IMG/VR virus record: IMGVR_UViG_3300044994_000219
Span: 1 to 58,655 of that record
DNA from: a virus
Length of the DNA: 58,655 bases
Strand: one strand, 5' to 3'
Under the pieces are notes generated by a model, which did no database searches, was not told the DNA's origin, and saw only the letters and a program-made list of their open reading frames with translations. Position numbers and translations under genes: made by a program. Positions 1 through 6,562 of the stretch are shown in pieces. Within the stretch, counting starts at the first letter, position 1. Each line of letters opens with the position of its first letter.

Positions 1-127
1 CCCCTGGTTCCCCGAGGCGCGGGTACAGCACTGCGCTGTTAGACTCTATTATACACGCATTGCGTGCAAAGTCAAGGGGTCCCGTTAGAGAGATGAATGC
101 GGATCGCGTCCAGAGAATTCCCCCCCC
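1..127. repeat. Terminal 127-bp exact duplicate of 58529..58655 (circular-assembly overlap or short terminal redundancy)
   Basis: Read directly: cccctggttccccgaggcg...gagaattcccccccc is identical at both ends of the window. Confidence 0.9.
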
Positions 128-156
128 TGCACCGTTCAAAAACTCAGTCGCTCTCC

Positions 157-270
157 TCAAGCCATTTCTCGCCGCTTCTCGTCGATCTCGGGCAGTGCCT
201 CATAGAAGGTCTTGCCACAGTTGCGGCAGCGGTAGCGGTTCCAGCGGTAAGCGTCGTGCGGAAGATTCAT
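157..270 (-). CDS. Small 37-aa CxxC protein, paralog fragment of the 56019..56249 zinc-ribbon gene
   Basis: ATG overlaps the TGA of the upstream gene (ATGA). Sequence MNLPHDAYRWNRYRCRNCGKTF... The 3' end shares a 30-bp repeat with 56016..56045. Too short for the ORF track. Confidence 0.4.
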   Translation of the reverse strand: MNLPHDAYRWNRYRCRNCGKTFYEALPEIDEKRREMA

Positions 271-686
271 GAGCCTGTCCGATCTTCCGCCGTGCCGTGG
301 TCGATCTCATGGCAGTAGTCAGGCGGTGGCGACTGGTCGGAGGGATCGATCCAGCTTGGCTGGCCGCAATACTTGCATGTGAACGGTGCTTCCTGTTTTC
401 CCACGCTCTTGTATTCACGCCCGGTGTCCATATGCACAATGGCGTCACGCTCCGGATCGTAGGCCAGCCCGTTCTGCTGGACAAATGCTCCACGCCAAGC
501 GCAAAGCTCCTTGTACATTTCTTCCATCTGGCGTTCTTGCTCGCGCATCATGGCGCGAACACGGTCTAAAGCGATCCGAGTTGCCGACAGTTCAGAGCCG
601 TCCCACATTTCAGCCGACACGCTCTTGATCAGTAGGTATTGCCCAAACTGCTTTGCCTCGTCCCACTCTTCTTCGCTCAAGTCCAT
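267..686 (-). CDS. Hypothetical protein with C-terminal Cys/His cluster
   Basis: Internal Met of ORF 267..785 (MDLSEEEWDEAKQF...). Protein-like composition, with CKYCGQ...YCHEIDH at the C-terminus. Confidence 0.7.
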   Translation of the reverse strand: MDLSEEEWDEAKQFGQYLLIKSVSAEMWDGSELSATRIALDRVRAMMREQERQMEEMYKELCAWRGAFVQQNGLAYDPERDAIVHMDTGREYKSVGKQEAPFTCKYCGQPSWIDPSDQSPPPDYCHEIDHGTAEDRTGS

Positions 687-781
687 GTTTCTCTCCAAAT
701 CTACGCATAACACGTCATTCCAGCGGACGGGCAAAAACAGCCCGCCGCTGAATTCAAGCGTTAGGCACCTTGAAGCTCGCC

Positions 782-1039
782 TCAACTACGCTCAACCTCG
801 TTCGCCACAAACCTCACTGGGCGCACGCGCTGTCCCGGCACCTGCCGAATGTTCCCGCGCTTGAGCAACCTGTGAAGCAACACGCTAACGAGCGCGCGGT
901 CCATGTCCAGATGCTTGGACAATTTCAAGCTGTCCCACACCTCTCCGTCACTCATGGCGTTGAGGATCTCAGCGGTCGGGTTTCGCTTGGGTTTTGGCAC
1001 AGGCGAGAAGCCAGCGAGTTGTTCAACGATACTCAGCAT
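782..1039 (-). CDS. Winged-helix DNA-binding protein (start uncertain; alternative ATG at 1162)
   Basis: MLSIVEQLAGF...ALVSVLLHRLLKRGNIRQV. The ATG overlaps the stop of a small upstream reading frame. The longer 1162 start has a strong SD but a poor-looking N-terminus. Confidence 0.55.
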   Translation of the reverse strand: MLSIVEQLAGFSPVPKPKRNPTAEILNAMSDGEVWDSLKLSKHLDMDRALVSVLLHRLLKRGNIRQVPGQRVRPVRFVANEVERS

Positions 1040-1158
1040 GTTCGTTCCTTGATACGGTAGAGCTTCTTTCCACGAGGGGTTTCGTGATCCACCCCTACGT
1101 GGCTGATCATGTTCCGCTGCACGAGGCGGCGCAGTGCTCCGTTCACCGTGCTGCGGTT

Positions 1159-1377
1159 TCATTTCCTACCTCCAAACGTCAGGTCATTCCTGCGCTGCCG
1201 AAGCGGCGGCAGGGTTTTCAGTTCTAGGCGCTGGAGCGCCTTGCGGGTGTTCTCCGCAGCCTCTTCCAGCTGGGTGATGCGCCGGTTCAGTCGCCAGAGC
1301 TCGATGGCCCGCGCGAGCCGGCGGAGCTCGACGCGGGCCGACAAGGCGATGCCCTTCATCTTCAGTGCCAGGCTCAT
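1159..1377 (-). CDS. Coiled-coil hypothetical protein
   Basis: MSLALKMKGIALSARVELRRLARAIELW... The ATG overlaps the stop of the upstream HTH gene (ATGA). Third codon positions are G+C-rich. Confidence 0.6.
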   Translation of the reverse strand: MSLALKMKGIALSARVELRRLARAIELWRLNRRITQLEEAAENTRKALQRLELKTLPPLRQRRNDLTFGGRK

Positions 1378-1791
1378 GGTTGCGGCTCCTCGATTGGGCT
1401 CACCCCGCTGTAGTCCCTGAATCCCACCGACAAAGCGGCGCACGCCAGGGCGATGGTCTGGGGCAGGGGCGCGGTGCTGTTTTCGTAGTTCGTGATGGTC
1501 CTGGGCGAGACGCCCAGCCACTGAGCGACCTGGGTCTTGCTCACGCCGGTGTGGGCGCGCCACCGGGCAAAGTCGGTTCCTGTCATAGGCACGGTTGTGC
1601 TCCTTGTGTTCGATGTCGACGATGTGCAGCTGGACAATGCGGTAGCCCTTGGCCAGCGCTCGGCTCCAGGGGTGGTTGGCCTGGCGCAGGTAGGTGGCGC
1701 GGGCGCTGTGGCCAGTAGCGGCCGTCGTCCAGGTCAGGGGCTCGCCGTCCGGGTCCGGGACGAGGTAGAGGCCGCGGGTGTGGAGGTCCAT
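1159..1791 (-). CDS. Uncertain ORF: the first ~68 codons (about 1588..1791) look coding, the rest overlaps two better genes
   Basis: MDLHTRGLYLVPDPDGEPLTWTTAATGHSARATYLRQANHPW... looks protein-like. This frame has no stop until 1159 and runs across the HTH gene in another frame. Confidence 0.3.
   Translation of the reverse strand: MDLHTRGLYLVPDPDGEPLTWTTAATGHSARATYLRQANHPWSRALAKGYRIVQLHIVDIEHKEHNRAYDRNRLCPVARPHRREQDPGRSVAGRLAQDHHELRKQHRAPAPDHRPGVRRFVGGIQGLQRGEPNRGAATMSLALKMKGIALSARVELRRLARAIELWRLNRRITQLEEAAENTRKALQRLELKTLPPLRQRRNDLTFGGRK
1374..1586 (-). CDS. XRE-family helix-turn-helix protein
   Basis: MTGTDFARWRAHTGVSKTQVAQWLGVSPRTITNYEN is a classic HTH_XRE pattern. AAGGAG lies 13 nt upstream of the ATG. 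Confidence 0.8.
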   Translation of the reverse strand: MTGTDFARWRAHTGVSKTQVAQWLGVSPRTITNYENSTAPLPQTIALACAALSVGFRDYSGVSPIEEPQP

Positions 1792-1794
1792 CGG

Positions 1795-2331
1795 TCAGCA
1801 CTCCTTCAGGTTGTTGAGGCGGCAGAACTCGGCCACGTAGGCGTGGGTCAGCCAGGCGCTGGAGACGAGGGTCTCGCAGGTGTCCGGGTCGATCGTCTCG
1901 GAGAAGCCCGGCTTCGTGCGCGCCTTCTCGACCTGGGCGGCGATCCAGCTTTTCGCCGGGAAGTTGCGCCGGGCCGGCGCACCGGCTTCGCGCTTGCGGC
2001 GCCGCATGAGCGCCAGGGTGGCGGCGCCTGCGTCCTCGGGCAGGAGCGCCTGAATCGGCCGGCGCGCGGCGACCACTTCGGCGTGCTGGCGCAAGGCCAG
2101 AGGCGTGGCGCGGTAGATCCGGTACGTGTATTTCGGCACCGGGTCGGGCACCTCCTCGAATGTGGCCAAGTCGGCGATGCGCAAGGACTCGAGCGCCTTC
2201 ACTTTGTGGTTGTCCCAGGACCAGTAGGGGCGGGTGCGGACTTCGGCGCCCAGCACGAGCTGGCGCAGGTAGTAGATGGCGAGGTAGTCCCGGCGGTCGG
2301 CGCCGGAGGGCAGGGTGCGGGTGGTGATCAT
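1795..2331 (-). CDS. Hypothetical protein
   Basis: Internal Met of ORF 1795..2373 (MITTRTLPSGADRRDYLAIYYLRQL...). The hairpin at 2350..2370 and an RBS lie upstream. Confidence 0.7.
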   Translation of the reverse strand: MITTRTLPSGADRRDYLAIYYLRQLVLGAEVRTRPYWSWDNHKVKALESLRIADLATFEEVPDPVPKYTYRIYRATPLALRQHAEVVAARRPIQALLPEDAGAATLALMRRRKREAGAPARRNFPAKSWIAAQVEKARTKPGFSETIDPDTCETLVSSAWLTHAYVAEFCRLNNLKEC

Positions 2332-2378
2332 GGTGCGTACTCCAGAAGGAAGGGGAGCGGGGATCCCCTTCACGGCGA

Positions 2379-3278
2379 TCAGGCGGCCAGTTCCAGCGCG
2401 CGGCGCTCGGCGCCGGTGAGCTCGTCACTGCCCAGCCAGGCTTCGGACAGGCGCGCCTTGGCCAGGTGGTCGGTCAGGGTCCAGAGCGCGCGGTTCAGCT
2501 TGACGTCCTGGTCCACCCCGGTGACCGCCCGGGTGCTGGTGCGCCGGCCGTTGCCGGAGCGCCCGCGCAGGCCGCCCTTGATCAGGTTCTCCTGGATCCG
2601 GTTGAAGGTGTTCCAGAGAGTGGGCTGACGGTCTTCAAAGCGGCGCGCCTGCAGCAGCTGGTCGGCGATGACCGGTGCCTTGGCCGGGTCGTCGTACTTC
2701 AGCGCGAGGGCGGCGCTGGCCAGGGCCCGTTGGTGGCTCTCGGTGAGCAGGATGCTTTGGTAGGCCTGGATGCGCTCGGCCGCGGTCTCGACGTTGTCCA
2801 GCACGGTGATGCAGCCGTCGATCACGTCATCGACCAGGTTGCTGCGGCCGCGGTGGGTGATCCGGATGTCGTCGCACACGTCGCCGGCGATCAGGCCGTT
2901 GTCGCACACGAAGCGGAAGAAGCCCGAGAGCAGCTGGTACGAGCTCGAGCCGTCGTGGCTGTTGAGCAGGATGATCTCGGGGGCGACCTCGCGGTTCGCG
3001 GGGGCGTCCGGGTGGCGCAGGCGCAGCAGGTGGCGGGTGTGTTCGCGCTTGCTGGTGTCGCGGACCTTGGTCTGGCGGGCCTCGAAGGGCTCGAAGCCGG
3101 CGCGGCGCAGGCCGGTCAGCACGTCGATGGTGGGGATGAAGCCGTAGCGCTCGCCGCGGCTCTCATGCGCCTCCTGGGCGAAGACAGACGGCGCGGCGCG
3201 GCGGATCTCCTCGTCGGTCAGGGGACGATCGCGGCGGATGGCGTTGGCAGAGGCACGGCTGGATGCGTAGCGGTACAT
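2379..3278 (-). CDS. DUF932-like (phage/plasmid-like) protein
   Basis: MYRYASSRASANAIRRDRPLTDEEIRRAAPSVFA...ILLNSHDGSSSYQL...FRFVCDNGL matches my memory of the DUF932 family. A conserved leader and the SD GAGGAGA lie upstream. Confidence 0.85.
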   Translation of the reverse strand: MYRYASSRASANAIRRDRPLTDEEIRRAAPSVFAQEAHESRGERYGFIPTIDVLTGLRRAGFEPFEARQTKVRDTSKREHTRHLLRLRHPDAPANREVAPEIILLNSHDGSSSYQLLSGFFRFVCDNGLIAGDVCDDIRITHRGRSNLVDDVIDGCITVLDNVETAAERIQAYQSILLTESHQRALASAALALKYDDPAKAPVIADQLLQARRFEDRQPTLWNTFNRIQENLIKGGLRGRSGNGRRTSTRAVTGVDQDVKLNRALWTLTDHLAKARLSEAWLGSDELTGAERRALELAA

Positions 3279-3360
3279 GGTGAATCTCCTCGTTTTTGCC
3301 CGTAAAGGGGCGGGTGGTTGATCCACGGAAGCGCCCGGGCGGGCCAGGCGCTTCGATTGA

Positions 3361-3711
3361 TCAGCCTGTGACGGCGTCCTTCGGCGGCAGCACCGGGGCG
3401 GCTTCCAGCACCGCGCGCACCTTGGCCGGGTCGCGCTCGGCGAGGAACTTGGTCCAGGTGCGCTTGGCGGCTTGCACGCGGTCGCCGCGGCAGGCGTGCA
3501 ACGTCAGGGGGCTAACCGTCGTGACGCGTTTGCCACTGCGCAGGTCGGAGACGACCAGCTGGTTGATCCGGTCGTGGGCCTCATGGACGAAGAACCAGAA
3601 CTCGGCACCAGCGACGGTGACCTTGAACTTGCGGCTCTCGACCTCGAGGGTCGCCGGCTTGTTGCGGTGGCGCGGCGCGCTGTTGTCGTACCTGATGCGA
3701 TAGGTGGGCAT
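3361..3711 (-). CDS. Hypothetical protein
   Basis: Clean 116-aa ORF (MPTYRIRYDNSAPRHRNKPATLEVESRKFKV...) with the SD GAGGAGA upstream. Confidence 0.8.
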   Translation of the reverse strand: MPTYRIRYDNSAPRHRNKPATLEVESRKFKVTVAGAEFWFFVHEAHDRINQLVVSDLRSGKRVTTVSPLTLHACRGDRVQAAKRTWTKFLAERDPAKVRAVLEAAPVLPPKDAVTG

Positions 3712-3759
3712 GTTGCTCTCCTCGGTAGTGGCGGGGAGCGGCGCTCCCCTTCCGGACGA

Positions 3760-4053
3760 TCAGGCCGCGACCTTCAGGCTCGGGGCCTGGCGCTCGCGGA
3801 TCTTGATGGTGGTGCGGGTGCTGGCGCGGCTGCAGGCGGTGATCTGCGCCGGGGTCAGCAGGCCCTTCACCTTCTTGCTGTCCAGCGTGACCGTGTCCGT
3901 GGTGGCCACCTCGATCTCGGCCAGGCGGCCGGTGTAGGTGCCGTCTCCTTCGGCCTTGAGCAGGGCCTTGATGGCGTCGAGCTCGGCGGCGAGCGGGGCG
4001 ATGGCGTTCTGGAGTTCCAGGGCGCGGTCCAGCAGCTTTTTCGTGATCTTCAT
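3760..4053 (-). CDS. Hypothetical protein (first gene of the leftward early operon)
   Basis: Internal Met of ORF 3760..4137 (MKITKKLLDRALELQNAIAPL...), preceded by the conserved leader and GAGGAGA. Confidence 0.8.
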   Translation of the reverse strand: MKITKKLLDRALELQNAIAPLAAELDAIKALLKAEGDGTYTGRLAEIEVATTDTVTLDSKKVKGLLTPAQITACSRASTRTTIKIRERQAPSLKVAA

Positions 4054-4310
4054 CGTGCTTCTCCTCGTTTTTGCCCGTAGAGGGGCGGGTTGTGGTTCAG
4101 AGCAGCACCCTCGGTGGAAGGCACTTGTCTCAACCAAGGGGAGTGCCGCTCCCCTTTGGTGCGAGGCCGGTATCGCCTCGGTGCCTCTGTCGCCTCGCCC
4201 GCTGCATCTTCACGGGGTCTTGGGGTCCGACGGATTGCAGCTCCGTCTCGGCATTCCCTTCTTACGGTCCGGGCTTCCGGTAGCAGGCGTTTCGTCCTGC
4301 TACGGTTCCC

Positions 4311-4339
4311 ACGATGGTGAGCATCGCTCACCTTGTCAA
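4311..4339 (-). promoter_or_regulatory. Putative leftward early promoter with an embedded operator palindrome
   Basis: The minus strand has TTGACA (4339..4334), a 17-nt spacer and CATCGT (4316..4311). The palindrome GGTGAGC-ATC-GCTCACC (4316..4332) fills the spacer and matches operators near the repressor/cro genes. Confidence 0.45.
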
Positions 4340-4384
4340 GCACTTTTTTCCAAGAAGGTGAAAAAAAGCGCAGGGTGCCGCGAG

Positions 4385-4488
4385 AAGGACACCCCTGTTC
4401 GAGGAGGTGCAGTACGCTCGTGCTTGCCTTGGGTTGGCTAAGCAGTACGAGGGGCGCGCGTTGCAGGACGTGCGCCCCTTTCCTTTTT
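4385..4488 (+). ncRNA. Candidate short non-coding transcript (AGGACACCCC motif to intrinsic terminator)
   Basis: A motif copy at 4385..4402 is followed about 50 nt later by the terminator at 4450..4488. No credible ORF lies between them. Confidence 0.3.
4450..4488 (+). terminator. Rho-independent terminator
   Basis: Stem AGGGGCGC...GCGCCCCT followed by TTTCCTTTTT. Confidence 0.65.
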
Positions 4489-4508
4489 GACGGGCGACGC
4501 AGAGCGTG

Positions 4509-4536
4509 AAAAAGCCGGCGCGGTGGCCGGCTATTT
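4509..4536. terminator. Bidirectional terminator hairpin
   Basis: AAAAAGCCGGC-gcggtg-GCCGGCTATTT. On the minus strand it follows the stop of gene 4563..5099 and ends in TTTTT. Confidence 0.65.
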
Positions 4537-4562
4537 GGTGGGGAGCAGGGTGAGCAGGGGGG

Positions 4563-5099
4563 TCAGCCTGTCCAGACCTCGCGAGGGTTAACGGCGGCCT
4601 GCAGCTTCGGCCTCAGTACCAAGACCGCAGTGTGAGCCTCCTCCGGCGTCTTGAATCTGCCGAGCGATAGTGGGGCCTTCCTGCCTGGCACGGACACCAG
4701 TCCTTCCCACCCGGACGCATGCACCTGTGTCGTGTATGGCAAGCCTGCTCTGTTGCGAGGCAGATGGGGGGAGTGGCGATGCAGCACCAGGTCTGCCACC
4801 CCGAGGCTGGGACCGTTCGTCATCTCGACGTACCCGGCCGGCCACGACCCGTGATGTAGGAGCCAGGCAATCTCAGCAGGGCGGAACGGCTGTCTGTTGA
4901 TGAGCCGCTTTTGCCTCCAAGGCCACCCCCTGGGTTTTTTCTGCTGGCGAATGAAACCCTTCTCCGCCTTGGCGGCGAGTGCCGTGACGACGTTCCACCA
5001 GTGATTTTTGTGCGCCAGAACGATAGCCGGGTCAGGTCTCGTGCACAAACAGTACGGCCCGGAAAAATCACAAACCGGGCAAGGAAGGAGTTCCGACAT
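4563..5099 (-). CDS. Free-standing HNH/AP2-like homing-endonuclease-like protein
   Basis: Internal Met of ORF 4563..5129 (MSELLPCPVCDFSG...). The C-terminal WEGLVSVPGRKAPLSLGRFKTPEEAHTA resembles an AP2-type DNA-binding domain. GGAGG SD upstream, own terminator, locally lower G+C. Confidence 0.7.
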   Translation of the reverse strand: MSELLPCPVCDFSGPYCLCTRPDPAIVLAHKNHWWNVVTALAAKAEKGFIRQQKKPRGWPWRQKRLINRQPFRPAEIAWLLHHGSWPAGYVEMTNGPSLGVADLVLHRHSPHLPRNRAGLPYTTQVHASGWEGLVSVPGRKAPLSLGRFKTPEEAHTAVLVLRPKLQAAVNPREVWTG

Positions 5100-5310
5100 G
5101 TCGCTAAACCTCCAAAAAGTAAGCAGCACTCACAGTGTACCAGCAAACAATTGTCGCCTAGCGCCTTATTTCACTGGTAGGAAACTAAAGAGGATACCAC
5201 TCAACCCCGCGCCGTTATTAGGGTTGCGGGTAGGGTATCCCTTTCTTCTCCATCTGTCGCTATCGGCTACCATTACAACGCGTAACGTGTGTGCGCCATG
5301 CGCCATGCCT

Positions 5311-5390
5311 TATGTTTACTTTCTATTTTTATTTTTATTTTATTTTTATAACTATAGATATAGAGATAAAAGGGATATTAGGGAAAGGGA
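5311..5390. other. AT-rich island with T-tract and GATA/TAGA-type short repeats
   Basis: ttatgtttactttctatttttatttttattttatttttataactatagatatagagataaaagggatattaggg sits in an otherwise G+C-rich genome, between divergent genes. Confidence 0.8.
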
Positions 5391-5616
5391 CCAAGCAACG
5401 GTGCGGGTTTCAGCCGGGTTTCCCTTCTTTTGCCCCTAAGTACCCAAGGAGGGGCAGGCCTGTCGGCCAGGTAGCTGAGCGGTGCGCATCGCCCGGCCAG
5501 GCTTGGCGGCGTGGCACAGTCGAAAGCATGGCCCGAGTCGGAAGTGAGCAAATCTCCTCTTGACGGCGCAGATGTGGTACTGTATGGCCCCATCGACGAA
5601 CCGGTACCCAATCGAC

Positions 5617-6003
5617 ATGACGACTGTTGCGCGAACGCGCTCGCGGGCCTTGCCGATGCAGAAAGTGCAGGACCGGCTGGCGCTGTGGGCAATCCAAGGC
5701 GTGCGCTGCTGGCTGCCCGCCATCGAGGTCACCGAGATCCTCAAGTGGCGCCTGGCGACCCAGTACGGCGTCCAGTATTCGTGGAGCTGGCGGCCTGTGT
5801 CCTTCGCACTGCGGCGCCTGGCGCGCCAGGGCCTGGTCGAGGAGCGCGTGGTCACGTACCGCGGCACGTCGAGAACGAAGGAGGAGCGGCGCGAGTACCG
5901 CTTCGCCAAGGACGAGGAAGACGACGTGATCAAGACCCTGTTCCCCTTACCGAAACCCGCATCGGCGCACGTACCGCGCCGCGTGCATCGAATGAAGGGT
6001 TGA
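5617..6003 (+). CDS. Winged-helix protein upstream of the terminase genes
   Basis: Internal Met of ORF 5560..6003 (MTTVARTRSRALPMQKVQDRLAL...FALRRLARQGLVEERVVTYRG). A possible TTGACG promoter lies about 55 nt upstream. Confidence 0.65.
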   Translation: MTTVARTRSRALPMQKVQDRLALWAIQGVRCWLPAIEVTEILKWRLATQYGVQYSWSWRPVSFALRRLARQGLVEERVVTYRGTSRTKEERREYRFAKDEEDDVIKTLFPLPKPASAHVPRRVHRMKG

Positions 6004-6004
6004 A

Positions 6005-6562
6005 ATGGACAGCAAGACGACGAAGACGGGCTGCGCAAGGGCCAGCGCTGCGGAACGGCGCCGCCTTTTCGTGGAGGCGTACCTCGCGAACGGAGAGAAC
6101 GGCACCGCCGCGGCAATTGCGGCAGGTCTCAGCAAAAAGTCGGCGCACGCACAGGCGCACGCGTTGTTGAAACATCCTGAAGTCGTCGCGCTGATCGCCG
6201 AGCGCCGTGCAGCCGTGACGAAAAAGTACGAGCTCAACACCGAACTGGTGGTGCGCACGATCGTGCAGGAGCTGCAGTTCGACCCGGCCAAGCTGTACGA
6301 CGAAGACGGCCAACTCAAGCCGCTGGATCAGCTCGACGAGGACACCCGGATGGCGCTGACCTCGGTCGAGTTCGCGCAGGTCGGCAGCACCGATGCGCCG
6401 ATCTTCGTGCGCAAGGTCCGCTGGGGCCAGCGCAGTGCGGCCCGCGAGCAGGCGATGAAGTTCCTCGGCATGTTCGAGAAGGACAACAAGCAAAAGGGTG
6501 ACGCGGTCGCCGAGTTCCTGGCGGGCCTGACCCAGTCCGCGCTGCCTGTCGTGAAGGAATGA
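6005..6562 (+). CDS. terS: Terminase small subunit
   Basis: AERRRLFVEAYLANGENGTAAAIAAGLSKKSAHAQAHALLKHPEV is a typical Terminase_2-type N-terminus. It sits directly upstream of terL and overlaps it. Confidence 0.9.
   Translation: MDSKTTKTGCARASAAERRRLFVEAYLANGENGTAAAIAAGLSKKSAHAQAHALLKHPEVVALIAERRAAVTKKYELNTELVVRTIVQELQFDPAKLYDEDGQLKPLDQLDEDTRMALTSVEFAQVGSTDAPIFVRKVRWGQRSAAREQAMKFLGMFEKDNKQKGDAVAEFLAGLTQSALPVVKE

Noticed and set aside
4407-4490. A 28-codon ORF (GTG...TGA) inside the candidate small RNA.
   Set aside because: The only SD-like sequence (GAGGAG) abuts the GTG with no spacing, and the ORF runs through the terminator stem. It is more likely non-coding.
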